Shown here: positions 13,533-29,700 of the stretch, piece by piece
Layout: every line of letters begins with the position of its first letter
Position numbering within the stretch: the stretch's first letter is position 1
From: the human T2T-CHM13v2.0 reference genome, Homo sapiens
Strand: one strand, 5' to 3'
DNA: 64,000 nucleotides
Assembly (NCBI RefSeq): GCF_009914755.1
Contig: NC_060942.1
Program-made: the position numbers and the translations under genes
Notes under the pieces: generated by a model
Database searches by the model: none
Seen by the model: only the letters and a program-made list of their open reading frames with translations
Told to the model about the DNA's origin: nothing

Positions 13533-14089
13533 AAAAAAAAAGAAGAAAACATGTATCTGACCCTGACCTTTGGACTCCAATGTCCCTTCCACACTGAAAC
13601 AGGGACTGTCTCTTTTTCGAAATCCATTCCGAACTTGCTTATTCCATAAAATCTTTGTAAAAATAACGGGCCTCCAATCATTTGGTTTACTCAATATTCA
13701 CACACAAAACATTATAACCAGCCTTAAATGCTTATGAGAAAGATGCTGTTAAAATAACAAACAAGCAAATAACTTTACAGAGTTAGAATAGGACTGTGAT
13801 CTTTAAGTTTCCTTAGAGTAATTGTAGAGCATTTGCATTTATAAATATTCTATTTTCTCTCCACGGATGTAAGACAGAAATATTCTTATTATGTTTTCTT
13901 ATATTTCTCATTATAAATATATTTAGATATTCAGCATACGACACTGACTTGCTGAACTAGTTCACAAGCCAGTTTAACAAAAATCATGAAAGGATTCAGC
14001 AGTATAAACACTTCTAAAAGACCGAAATAATCTTGTATATCAATTTTTAAAAGAAAATCTTTTCACACAAATATTTCCCAGGAAAGTAT

Positions 14090-15450
<1,361 letters not shown>

Positions 15451-15974
15451 GAAAAAGCATGTTTTTAAAAGTAGCTTCTGTAGCACATGACCTGTTTTTC
15501 TAAAAAGTATCTTCAAGTTTAACCATTCCCTACAATTCCTCCATCCTCAGTCAAATCATGATGTTCATCAGAATATTTCTCATTCTGGCAAATTCTGTGG
15601 TTTATATTTGTTATAAAAAATATAACCTGAGTAACTTCACAGAGTCCTCCAAGGGAACTTTAGGTAGCGGCAAAAGGCAGAATGAAGATTATCTTCATTT
15701 CAGAAATCTCTCTTGAACTTTGTTTACTGCAGGATAAAGACTAAGGTGATTATATCTGTGCATGCACACACCAGGTGAAAGCTGCCAGGGGAGTCTATCA
15801 GATATTCAAGAGCCTTCTACAGAATGTACTGAAAACAAATCTTTCAAGGTCTATGTATATGAGACAAGACCACTTGACTGATTTTTAAAAATGTATAAGC
15901 TAAGTTGATTTTCATTTTCCACATGGAGACTGTCATTATTTATAATTTACTAATGCACATTAAAAATATATAAG

Positions 15975-16248
15975 GGCTGGGCATGGTGGCTCATGCCTCT
16001 AATCCCAGCACTTTGGGAACTGAGGCAGGCAGATCACAAGGTCAGGAGATCGAGACCATCCTAATACGGTGAAACTCTGTCTCTACTAAAAATACAAAAA
16101 ATTAACGGTGTGGTGGCATGCACCTGTAGTGCCACCTACTCAAGAGGCTGAGGGAGGAGAATTGCTTGAACTCGGGAGGTGGAGGTTGCAGTGAGCCGAG
16201 ATCATGCCACTGCACTTCAGCCTAGGCAACAGTGTGAGACTCCATCTC

Positions 16249-16252
<4 letters not shown>
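15975..16252 (+). mobile_element. Alu (AluS)
   Basis: Full dimer whose tail has become a TA/TG repeat. Confidence 0.95.
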
Positions 16253-16308
<56 letters not shown>

Positions 16309-16347
16309 ATATATATGTGTGTGTGTGTGTGTATATATATGTGTGTG

Positions 16348-16379
<32 letters not shown>

Positions 16380-16388
16380 TATATATAT
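16253..16388 (+). repeat. Compound (TA)n/(TG)n/(CA)n microsatellite
   Basis: Read directly. Confidence 0.95.
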
Positions 16389-16708
16389 GATGGCTGGGCT
16401 TAGCAGATGTGTAGATTCTCCTATTGCTGGGTCCCACTTTTCTGTTAAGGCTTACTTCCTTACTGCTTTTGCCCAAATTATTTCTTGTAGAAGCACTGGA
16501 TAAATGCCTGCATTGCTGTCGAGTGAGAACAACTTCAGAGTGGGTCAATTCCACAAAGCAGAGTGGCAAAAGCAGTGATCATGCTGTTTTCCTCATCTGC
16601 CAAAAGTCAGCTCCCTAATGCTCTCCCCCAGCCAACAATGGACCTCAGAGCGAGCCCATCAGCCTTTCAACTGAATAGGCTTTGAGGCACAAACAGGATA
16701 AAAATCTA

Positions 16709-17027
<319 letters not shown>

Positions 17028-17064
17028 CTATTTTTGTGTGGGACGAGCTAATTCTAAAATTGTT

Positions 17065-17117
17065 TATAGATATAGATATAGATATAGATATAGATATAGA
17101 TATAGATATAGATATAT
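17065..17117 (+). repeat. (TAGATA)n hexamer repeat
   Basis: Read directly. Confidence 0.95.
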
Positions 17118-19189
17118 AAGACATATATAGACCATGTGGATAGGCCTTCTTTATTTTATAATTCTAAATCTTCTATGAACTGAAAGAAGGAAGACATTTA
17201 TTTGAGGGGTTTAAAAACCATGAAAAGTGATTCTTGATTTATTTGTTATTTGGCTTTTGTTTTTCTTCAGAAAAGGTAGATATTTATTTATTTGTTCATT
17301 TGAAGGTTCACAATCTTTCCCTCAATTGAAAAATTCCAGAAGGTTTGAAAGCTGTACTTTGTGACAAAACCTGAACTAATGTGAGAATATCTACGTATCT
17401 ATAATTTTTGTTTTTGTCTTACTAGGTGTATCTATTCATATGTTTTGCTATAGAAATAATAATCTATATATACATTGCGGCTGTTTCAGACTTCACTGGA
17501 GAGTTACACAGGACATGTTATATACACCATATTAACTTCATAAAATGCAAATGATTCTTAAATTGTGAAATACCTATGGCCCCAAGGGTTCTAAATAAGA
17601 AAATGTGGTGTTTAACAGTCCTTTTCCTACAATGTGCTTAAAGGCATGGCTTAAAAGAAAATTTACTACATCAATCATCTTTTAATTACTTTTAGAGATA
17701 ATGTCAACACCTAAACCTATTTCACGAAAAAGTGTCTTTCAATTCCCTTAGAATATTTGCACCCAGCCTGCTCAATTTTGGCACATGTATTTGAGCACAG
17801 CCAGTTTGTCCAAACCTAGTAGGTCCTCTACAGGAAGACAGTGTAGCATTTTACTTTATTGTTTGCCATAGGGTCATTTTTTTCATTGCTGGTGAGCATT
17901 TTCATATGTTTGCTCCATGGTCATTTTTTGATTTACTGCAGAGCATGCTTATACACAAATTTCCATATTTCCATATACATATACATTTCCATACGTATAT
18001 AAGCATGATCATAACTATTAACAATTTTGGTTGTTCTGATTTGAAAATCACTTACCTGGACATTTAATTTTAAGTGTTATTTGAAGAAAGTTCTATATAC
18101 CCAAAATAATTTATGGTTCAATCACCCAGGTTTTACTCACATGGTAGAGATGAAAGTCATCTCCCTTAGGACCCAAGGTGATCTTTGCTCTGTAATACGT
18201 GTTGCACATTCAAAGCCAAATTCCTCTAAAATTTTTCAGCACACAGCTCTAAAATTGTCAGGGCAATCTGGTGTAGACCAGCTGTGTACATGTGCTCATG
18301 GGTGTGATTAATTATGTGTGCTTATGTGTATGCGAGTGTGTGTATGTGTAATATAGATATAAAAACAATTGATATTAATTAGCTTATTTGCATACTTTCT
18401 CCATCCCAACACACACAAACCTATCTGCCATCCTCCCTCCTTCTGCAAACATACAGTACAAGTCTTGGAAATTCTATTCCTTTGCCTGAATGGCCAATAC
18501 TGGCTAAAGGGGTTGAGGAAATTATAATGTATCAAGAACATTTTCATAGTTCAACCAAGTTGCAGGATTCTGCTGTTTGGTGGCCCCTTCACCAATGCAA
18601 TGTAGGAGTGCCTATGATGTCTTTAGAGGACATGTACAACCTATAAGGTAATTTCTTCCATAAACATTCTTGTCACATTTCAGCAACTATTCTAAGCACT
18701 GAAGATAACTGACAAATCAACGTCCTCCTCATTTATGAATGTGCAGGAAAACATGAACCAGGAAATATATTAGAAGAGTAGGATTTAAACAGTTGCCTCT
18801 TCTAGTGAAATGAGTGAAGTTTGCAAGGCACCCTCTATATTCAAACAGAAGAAAGAATGTAAAATACCCCACAAAAGCTGTAAAAATGTGCAAAAATGAA
18901 TGATTAATAGATAGTTAAACTCTAGATAAGATTTAGTAGGGAGAAGAAGCTTCATTAAACCAATTTACTTATGGCTATTTTGCAACCTCCAATGAAATAA
19001 TCATCAATAGATCCTAAAACAAACAGGTGAAAGACAATGTAAAACTCTGTATTAGGGAGATCTGGTGGGCAGCACATGAACTCACTGAACAATCTAAGCA
19101 TCTTGAGAAATGAATGGCCACATACTACTTCTTGAATGAAGCAAATAACATATCCAAGATTACCCATGAAAAAACCTCATAGTGTTTTC

Positions 19190-19552
<363 letters not shown>

Positions 19553-19614
19553 TCACCTAGACATTCATACACTGCAAACAAACTTGGTCTTCTTAAAAAA
19601 AACAAAAAAACAAA

Positions 19615-19692
19615 AAACACAGTGTTTTAAGAAAGTTTTCAAATTTGTGTTGGGCCGCATGTGTCCTGTGGGCCATGGGTTAGACAAGCTTG
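19615..19692 (+). mobile_element. MER30-like hAT-Charlie 3' fragment
   Basis: gttttaagaaagttttcaaatttgtgttgggccgcat...gggccatgggttagacaagcttg. Confidence 0.7.
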
Positions 19693-19699
19693 CCCTAAA

Positions 19700-20280
19700 T
19701 GCAAGTATCAGCTTACAGGAAGTATGGAGAACAGATGAACATGGTGTATGACACCACAAAGAAGCAATAAGCCAAATCCATAATGTGGGCTTTCTACAGG
19801 AAAATGGACCCAGTTTAAATATTTAAAAAGAGGGAGACTGGCCATGTTGTAGATTTTAAGAAGACTTCAAAGTCATGATAATCAAATGCAACGTGTGAAC
19901 CTGGTTTGGATTCTGATTCAAACATGCCAGCTGTAAAAAGGCATTTGTGAGACAACTGAGGAACGTCAGTTCTTAATGCTATTAAGAATTCCTAATAGTC
20001 TTGCTAGCTGTGATATGGCACCATGGCTATGTAAAACAAAGGAGGGGGCTTATTTGTTAGAGATGCTTCTGAAATATTTATAGGTGAAATAATATGCTGT
20101 CAAGGCTTTGCCTTAAAATATTTCAGGAACATAAAGTGAAGGGGATACTATATAACAAAAGACTGGGAAAATGGTGACGTCTGTTGAAACTGGATAATGA
20201 ATACATAGTAGCGCATCTTATAATACTCTATTTTTGTGTGTATTGAAACCTTCCCTAATGAATAAGTACAAAAAGTTTGA
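19700..20280 (+). mobile_element. L1MC/L1ME-type 3' UTR remnant
   Basis: aatcaaatgcaacgtgtgaacctggtttggattctgattcaaac...atttgtgagacaactgagga...gaaatatttataggtgaaat...gttgaaactggataatg. Confidence 0.65.
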
Positions 20281-20999
20281 CATGTCAATAACATAAATCC
20301 TACATGTTTTGAAACTTAAGGAAAGAGATTAAGACTCAAACTGTCTTCTCAACACCAGCAGTGGGGTTAAAAATCTACTGATTCCTTTAAGATTTACATT
20401 TTGTCTCTTTCTCAGTGTAACAGAATTTTTTAAACTGCCATAGAGACACACTCCTTGGAGACACCAGACTGAAGGTCAAGCAGATGGTCAGAGAAAGAAC
20501 CAGAAGTCCCACTTGATTTGAGGACAAGGCTACAAATGTGTCCCTTTGGCCCCTGTGCCACAATGCCAGTTTCCTTTTCAAGTTAGAGGCGAAAGTGGCT
20601 GAGGTCCATGAAAGAGGATCAGGTAGCACATGACAGTCCTTGCAAGGAAATACACATTCCCCACAAGCACATCAAGATAACCAACTTCATACACTCTCCC
20701 TGTGAATTCATGCTGCCCTCACACCTGCACAGGTGCTCATCAGGAAATTTTAAAATATTTAAATATTCTAATTTTGGCATTAAGACAAAAAAAGTTGTTG
20801 GGGGGCGCAGATATCAGCAGCTGTATTTTTTAAGCTGACATAAATAAAAATGTATTCATTAAATGTTTATAAACGTCAAAATTCAGTAGCTTACTAAACC
20901 GGGTTCTTTAGCTACTGCTGAAATATCAGCTTGTCAATCTGCAGAAAGGAGCTGGGCATTTTTAGCTTTCAATTAAAAAGTGAACATCAGAGTTTTATT

Positions 21000-21021
21000 T
21001 GTGTGTGTGTGTGTGTGTGTG
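21000..21021 (+). repeat. (TG)11 microsatellite
   Basis: Read directly. Confidence 0.9.
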
Positions 21022-21201
21022 TTTGAAAATGCATTCTGCAATAGATCAAAGGGAAGCTGCCACTGCCTCCAACACTAGTCTCAGGTACCAGCCTGGCCAT
21101 CCCATCGTGGAGGGCAGGCCTTCATAGCTGGAAGGCTGCAATAGCTTTACCCACAACCAGCACAGTCTGACCCCAATCTCAATATTACGTTAAAAAGAGA
21201 A

Positions 21202-21470
21202 GGCCGGGCGCAATGGCTCATGCCTGTAATCCCGGCACTTTGCGGGGCTGAGGCAGGAGGATCGCTTGAGCCCAGGAGTTTGAAAGCAGCCTAAGCAGCA
21301 CAGCAAGACTCAGTCTCTACAGAAAATAAAATAGAAAAAAAATTAGCCAGGTATGGTGGTGCACACCTGTGGTCCCAGCTACTTAGGAGGCTGAGGTGAG
21401 AGGATCACTTGAGTCTGGGAGGTCAAGGGGACGGTAAGCTCTGATTGCACCACTGCTCCAGCCTGGGCTC
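21202..21470 (+). mobile_element. Alu (AluJ-like)
   Basis: gatcgcttgagcccaggagttt is J-type; the 3' end runs into a tetranucleotide repeat. Confidence 0.92.
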
Positions 21471-21476
21471 AGTACA

Positions 21477-21513
21477 TAGGTAGGTAGGTAGGTATGTAGA
21501 TAGATAGACAGAT

Positions 21514-21559
<46 letters not shown>

Positions 21560-21579
21560 CAGACATATAGACAGATAGA
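21477..21579 (+). repeat. (TAGG)n/(GATA)n/(GACA)n compound STR
   Basis: Read directly. Confidence 0.95.
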
Positions 21580-24500
21580 TGTAACATAGAAACACTCAAT
21601 TGACTGAACAAAACTACAAAGAGCTTAAGTGAGCACCTTAGCCAGTCCTCCTAATTCAAAATGGGCCGCTCACCATGGCGATGTTTTTCTCAGAACAAGA
21701 ACTTTAGGATGCTCAGACTGTACATATAGTGCAAATGACAACTCTCCCCCCCAAAATTAGAGTGCAGTGATCTAATGAGGCCTCAAAGCATGAAAAAAAG
21801 GATGAAAGCATCTCCTTAGATAGGAATAAAATCAATTTGCACAAAAAAGAGACCAACTAAAAAGGTGTGGGGGTGAGGCCACGAAAATATTAACTAAGAG
21901 CCAGTTAGTAAGTAGGGAAATAATGAACAGAGAACAGGAGAGGGAGAAGGAAGTGAAGTAGGTATGAGTTAAACTGTAAAATGTGTTTCCTTTACAAAGT
22001 TTTTGAGAATGTTTTATACTATGCTATATACTTGTGTGGGGGGAAATGTTATTTTTCTTATAACTTTTGCATTGAATTGAGACATTTCAAGTGACCTGCC
22101 CTGATTCAAACCTGAATGTCTAATATAATTCCAAATGAACATGTCATGTAGAAAGGCTGTATCAAAGCTTAGACATATATGGTGTGACTAGCTATTTTGG
22201 TATTATTGAGGTCTCTGGAGGTATTTTTATTCCTCCTCCACTTTGGCCACTGTATGCTTCTTAATACCTCCTCCAGGAGGCAGCCAGTTATACCTCTTCA
22301 TTAGTTTGTGATACTTGGTCTTGGTAGAAACATGTTCAGAGGGCAGGAAAGAGTTTGAAAAAAGAGGCTAAAATAATCTGGATGAGGGGGCCATAGGGCC
22401 AGTAGGAGTCTTGCCTGTCGGGAGTCAGAGGAACCTGGGATCCAAGCCTCCTTAGACAAGACACTTAACTCCCCACAGCCTTGGCCCCTTCATTTGTGGA
22501 CAGGAGACATTCACTGTACCTACTCAAAGAGATGCTTGGAGAAATAAAGAAATCATGCCTGTGGAGACTATCACATATGTTAGTACAAAAGGAGTGCTTC
22601 GGTGAGAGCCAAGGAAGCTTTGTTTGTTCATTCACTTATTTTTTTTTAAGTGCCAACCAGGGACCAGGAACTTTACTAGATACCAAGAGCACAGCAGTCA
22701 ACTCATGCCTACATTTACAGCATGGATTTTAATCAATGACAACACTTCCGCTGGGAAACACTCCTCAACACTTCCACTGGGAAGTCTGACATAGAGACGC
22801 CTCTCCCCAGGTTCCTCTGCACCTAGCACGTGTCTCAAACATGCATGGAACTGAAATCCACCCTATGCTGAAATTATTGTCACAAGTCTCTATTGTTACC
22901 CACTTGCTTCCACTCTCAGCTGTGAGGTCCTGGAAGCTGGGGTTTTGTGTCTCTGGCACTGAGGGCTGCTTATACATAGCAGATGATGCAAATTTAGCCA
23001 ATGGATTAATGGAGAAATAAATGAAAGAATAAATAAATAAAATGACTTATAACCTCTCAGTTTTCTAATTTATAAAAGGAGAATAATAGCATCTCCTTCC
23101 TTATAAGGTACTGTATTTGAAAGCATTTAGAATGTGTAAAGTTCCATATAAAGGGGTTGGCTTGGGATGGTAGATTAAACATAAGCTTCTACTTTTCCTC
23201 TAACCTCATATGTCATAAATGATACTGGGTGTGTGTGTATGTGTGTGTGTGAATTTAGAAGAGATATACATGCCAAATAGTGCCAGAAAATAAGGAAGAG
23301 TAGCTTCGGTGGAATAACAATTTTGAATTATTCTTAAAGATAAAAGTAGATGGATTTGCTCTACAGAGGAAAAATAAATAAATCACAAGCCAAAAAGCAG
23401 CAGCCAATCAAGAAGACTGCAAAGAAACAGCTAAATCTAGGATGCTCCAATCCCAGGGTCAATACATACATGGAGCTGGAGTGGAGTGTGATGCAATAAT
23501 CGGGTGATTAATTGGGGTGCTACATTTAGAGCTGCAAGGCAAGCCAGAACAAAAATGTGACAGAAAAAGGGGATACAAGACTTTAAAACTCAAATTTTAT
23601 ATGTAGCCAAACTTGCCTTCAAAAAGGTGAGCTAACTACAGGCAATTTAGAAAATGCAAAGACTCTGAAAATTTATACCCCCACACTTCTGAAAAAAATT
23701 ACATAAGGATATATAACTGTATAATGACAAATCAACCCAAAAAAACCCAGAACAACATGGTCCACAAAAATTAGCAAGATGGGGCAAGGAAACGCTAGTA
23801 GACTCTATGTGACTGTTGATGCAATTTAAAACGTCAAAAAGGAAACATATCAACCTCAACATGAGAGGTAAAGGGGAGGAACAAAGGGAGAAACTCAGTA
23901 ATTAAAAATGTGCTAACACTCTCCGTCATCTTTTTTAGGAAAGATACAGACACCAAACAGATTTAGACTTTAATAGAGATATATAATTTGAAATATGTGA
24001 GTTAGAAAGGCAAGAATAACTTTCACAAGAAATAAGATGTATAATTCCTGCACCATTAGAAAAAAAAAGACCTTTTTTTAAGCAGCAAAAAATATAAAAC
24101 AAAGGAAATGTGATCAAGCCAAGGAAAAAAAGAAAATTAAACTATGTTTATTTGGATATTATATTCCTCAACTAAGTTACAGTGGCTGTCACATTAGGCT
24201 AGAAAAATGTAAAGCTAAATGCTGTGTATAACAAACCATCAAAAATAAAACACAGAGACTATGAAAAATAAAAATATATAAAAAATATGTAATATAAAAT
24301 CTACAAAAATAAAGCATGTAGAGAACATTACTATACATTGAAAGCCAATCTAAGGCAAAAATGTAAAAAAAGAAAAAAGTTGGATATTTCATACTGATGA
24401 AACCTATAGTCCACCAAAAATATAAAATATTCCTGAACTTCTAATCATTTATGATACAGCTTTGAGATATATTTTTTAAAATATAAATACCCTGAGCGGT

Positions 24501-24590
24501 TGGTAAATCCATAATCAAAGTAGAAGACTAGAACAAATATCTCTCAGAAATTTAAATCAATTAGAAGGACAATAAGTAATAAAAGGTTTA

Positions 24591-24971
<381 letters not shown>

Positions 24972-25701
24972 CTAAGCATTTTTAAAAATCCTACTAGATT
25001 ACCCCCAAAGTAGGAAATATCCATGCCATTTCCCCACTCAGAATGCAATAAAATTAAATAGTAAAAACAAAACAGTAGCACTGCCAACATGAAAAACATT
25101 TTATTAAAGTGGGACTGTGAAAACAGTGTTTTAAGTAACTCTTGAACTACACAAGAATGCAAAATAACATTTAAAACAATACACAAATAAATGATAGTGA
25201 TAGCTGTATATAAGAAAATCTAAGGGATGCAGCCAAAGCTGTAACCAATGAAAAATAATGGCCTTAAATTGCAAGATGTAAAAATAAAAATTAAATGAAC
25301 AAAACATACAATATAAAAAGCTAGAAAAAGTGCAACATATTTAAATATGATGAATTAATAAAATTTAAAATTTACTAAATTTAGATAAAACAAAATGTAG
25401 ATTATCAATGAAACCAAAAGAAGGTACTTGAAAAAAAAAACCAAAGAAAACACACAAACCTCTGGCAAGTGTAAGGAAAAACAAGAAGAGAGAAAACAGA
25501 AATCAACATAATTACAAAATATATTTGCTAAATAGATAAGGAGTTTTTTAAAACAAGAGAAAGTATGTATAATTTTATGTAGCAAATTTTAAAGTCTGGA
25601 AAATGGATGTTTTCTAGGATAACAAAAACTATCACAATTGAAACACAAAGAAACAGAAATGGAAAAATTAGTAAAAAATCCAGTTCTGAAGTACTAGTCT
25701 T

Positions 25702-25977
25702 GCCAGGCGCGGTGGCTCACATTTGTAATCCCAGCAGTTTGGGAGGCTAAGGCAGGCAGATGGCTAAGTCCAGGAGTTCAAGACCAGCATGAGCAACATG
25801 GCGAAACTCCGCCTCCACAAAAAAATACAAAAATTAGTGGGATTGGTGGCATGTGCCTATAGTCTCAGCTACTCAGGTGGTAGAGACTGCAGTGAGCCAT
25901 GATCACACCACTGCACTCCATTCCAGTTTTGAGGATAGAGTGAGGCCCTGTCTAAAAAAAAAAAAAAAAAAAAAAAA
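25702..25977 (+). mobile_element. Alu with an internal right-arm deletion
   Basis: gctactcagg joins directly to tggtagagactgcagtgagcc; poly-A tail. Confidence 0.9.
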
Positions 25978-27100
25978 GTCCCATGCAATTTCCCCCAAAT
26001 ATCAAAAATTCCCCTCTTATATAAGCTATTTCAGGACATAGAAAGAAGAAAGAAAATTTCCCAATGCATTCAACAGGAGCACATAAAGCCAAGATGTCAA
26101 CTAGGCAAAGCAGCACACAAAAAAGAAAATGACAGGCTCCTCTCAAGGTAGAACCTTGAAACAAACAACATCCCTAGATAAGACGGGATACAAGGAATTT
26201 AGCCACCAAATTTCTGAGATAAACCCTGTTTCCATTTTATATTAAACCCTGCTTGGCCATTTCATGAAAATTTTAAATAAAATATATAAATATAAAAATT
26301 TAAATAAAATAAAATTCCACATAAAACAACAAAATAGACTTTTACTTCAGGAATTTTGAGAGGATGATTTAAAGTTTATACACACACATGCACACAAGCA
26401 TACACATATATTTCTACTATATACATATATCTCTTTAGTTTGAACACACACATTCATTTTAAGAAGTGGTGGATCATAAGAAAGTTTTCTTAATCTACTA
26501 GATGCCTACAGAAAACTTATTTAATAATGAAACACTAGAAGATTCTTTGCTCAAGTCAACAAAATGCGAAGCTGACCTGTATTCCACTATTCTCTTAACA
26601 CTCTCCTGTAAGTCTTTGCCAATGTACTAGCACAAGGAAAATATAACAGAAAGACACTTTAAGAGACAACACTCCCAATATTTGCCAATGATTTTCTTCC
26701 TAAAAAATCTTAAACAACTAAAAAAAACTACCAGAGGCTAGTAAGAAAGTTCTGGAGTTACGGGTTATAAGATTAACAGACAATAAAAAAGACAACTTTC
26801 CTATACCTCAGCTAACCAATGAAAAAATCATAATGGAACAAAAATACAGTTTAGGAAAAAAACACAAAGAATAAAATTAACAAAAACATTTAAAAGTATG
26901 AAACTTGACTGAAGCCACAAAAGAAAATTTTTACAAATAGGGAGTAGGAGAGAGGGAAATTCTCCTAAGTAGAAAGGTTCTATGTTATAACTAAGGCAAT
27001 GATCTCCAGATTAAGTCCTTTTATATTTTACTCAACATTCTCAAGTGTCTGATATTTTAAGAAAGTATCCATGTATTATTTTTATTATATTTTCTTCTCC

Positions 27101-27407
27101 TTTTTTTTTTTTTTTTTTTTTTAGACAGGGTTTCACTCTGTCACTCAGTCTTGAATGCAGCGGCGGGATCTCAGCTCACTGCAACCTCCACCCCCAGGGC
27201 TCAAGGGATCCTCCCACTTCAGCCTCCTGAGTAGCTCAGACCACAGGCATGCATCACCACACCAGGGTTTTGTCTTTTTCTATTTTTATTAGAGACAGGG
27301 TCTCACCATGTTGCCCAGGCTGGTCTTGAACTCTTGGGCTGAAGAGATCTGCCTGCCTCGGCCTCCTAAAGTGCTGGGATTACAGGTGTAAGCCACCGTG
27401 CCCGGAC
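27101..27407 (-). mobile_element. Alu (AluJ-like)
   Basis: Poly-T followed by an antisense dimer with gggctcaagggatcctccc. Confidence 0.93.
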
Positions 27408-28319
27408 AATAATATTTCTTAGAACATGAAAATAAGGAAAAGAAAATACTATGCAGTTTTATCACAGTGCATTTTGAGGCCTGCAAGAAGGGGTGGCTCA
27501 TTGGGCCACTGGGGAGTGCCTGAAACTAGGCTAAAATGTTAGTTAACTCAGAATCAGGTCTAGAATCCAGAGTCTGACCTCCAACCCAATTCTTCTTTTC
27601 ATAACATGACTTCAAGTCACTTCTTTGTTTCCTGCTCAAACCTAAGTATGCAAAGAGGAGGTGCCATTTCTCAACTATCACAAACTCACAACTGGGGCTT
27701 TCCAAATGACTCTTCATAGTTTCAGTTCTCTTCCACTTGCATATATCACATCCGACTTTTCCAGACTTCACACTGGCATGCCAATGTCCCACATTCTTAT
27801 TGCACAGTCCGGTTAACCTGTGTGGACACCTATTTGATGGCTGTAGGAAAACTCTTCCCAAGAACCTCAATATGTTCCTGCTGTTTAACCTGAAGCACAG
27901 CATATAGTTTCTGCCACCAAAATAATTAATCAAGCCTTTTTTACAGATGGTAGAGAAACCATTCCTTCAAAACATCATTTAAGGGCTTAGCTTTCCTGTG
28001 AAAATTTCAGCAGGAACTTGCTATCTCCACCCTCTCATTAACGTGGCCAGTAGGAAAGGCACAGCACACTTGAATAATGGCTGAGGCACTAAATGGTGGG
28101 TGTCATTACACTGTAAACCAGGGCCCCACACTTTCAGAGCCATTGCCTACCTACCAGTTCTTCCCAGAGCCCATCTTCTTGTCTATATTTTCCAACTAAG
28201 TGACTCTCCATCAACATGTTATGACTGAGTCAAAGCGTCTGATTCACTTGATGAGCTTGATGAGGTAAAATGTAGATAAAGATGCCCAATGGAAAGCAAA
28301 AGGTTTAAGAACCTTCTCT

Positions 28320-28368
28320 GGTGGGATGGCTTGAGCCCAGGAGTTCAAGACCAGCCTGGGCAACACAG
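28320..28368 (+). mobile_element. Alu fragment
   Basis: ggatggcttgagcccaggagttcaagaccagcctgggcaaca. Confidence 0.8.
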
Positions 28369-29374
28369 CTGGCAACTCATTTCAATTTACTACCATCACC
28401 CCCACCAGTCTACATCTCCCTTTACCTTATAATAAATATGACAGGTACAAAACAAGCCACTCTTGGAGATAATTTCTAAGAGCTTCCTCTACCTAATGGA
28501 CACGTTTTTCTTGGAATATGGAATCAAATGATTCATTTTATCCTGTTATTATCAGGAAAAATATAGACCCAGACTCAAGCACAAGTGGGAAGAAATGTTA
28601 TTTTAAGTAGTTGTACTTACGTTTAACTGATACAAATAGCCACTTGGCCTACCCCAGAAAGTTTTCAAAAAGCTTAATGAAGCACCATAGCCTTTATGCA
28701 GATTAACCTGGCTATTTCAAAAAGGACTTTAAACCCCATCATGTTACCACTGTCCAGGGACCCAGTGATGGGTCTGCCACATCTATCATCCTTTTAAAGA
28801 GAAAACTTCATTTTACTTGTGGCATTGAACATCTACAAAAATAATCCAATAAATGCTGTTACCATTTGAAATCAAAGGCAATTCTATACTGTGTTGAACT
28901 TGTATTACTTTGTGAAACAAGACACATTGCCAGAGAGTGAATCTTTGCCACCATTAACTACTTTGTAGCTCTAGAAAAGTTACTTTATTTCTTCCATTCA
29001 CGCTATAGAATAAAAAGACAATGTAACATTTTATTAATGTTACTGTGCCATTTTGTAACTTTTTATTAATGTTACTGTGTTATTTCCTTTTAATAAGTTA
29101 AAAGAAATACGTGGTTTTAATACCTTGTTTTCTTTTAATATAAAATTAGGCTTTGAAAACTTAAAAAAAATAGAAAGGCTACCTTCTCTTCTCAGCAGGA
29201 AATTGCAAAGACTAATGTCACTAAAGTTATGAGTTGGACCAAAATGAAAAGTTTCCCTAAGAATACTTGACCCACAGATTGAGAAACAACGACCTCTTCA
29301 AAGATACTGCCCACTCTTGTGCACCCAAAGTTGAAGATATGGTATAGCTTGGCTAATAACCATCAGTTTAAAAA

Positions 29375-29700
29375 TAATATTAGACAACATTTACTGAGCA
29401 CAGTCTGTAATTTAACACACTCTTATAAGTGTCTTACATACATTAAATTATTTAATCCTCACAAAATCATATGAAATATGTGCTAATGTTAATGAAGAAG
29501 GTGCTCACATTATTTAAGACACTCTTCTAAGTGTCTTACATACATTAAATTATTCAATCCTTACAAACCCTATGAAGAAGGTGCTGATATTAATGTCAAT
29601 TAATAGATGAGGAGACTTAGGTATAGCAAGTTTAAATACCTGCCCCAGGCTAGCCATGTGACTAGTGCAGCTAAGAAGTCTGATTGAAAGGCTACATCCT
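29375..29700 (-). mobile_element. MIR SINE containing an internal tandem duplication (period 102)
   Basis: acatttactgagcac...tttaatcctcacaa occurs twice, followed by atagatgaggagact...ttaaatacctgcccc. Confidence 0.7.

Noticed and set aside
18050-18058. Perfect minus-strand donor CAG|GTAAGT as a recursive splice site or cryptic exon
   Set aside because: No polypyrimidine tract before the AG and no convincing acceptor upstream at exon distance.
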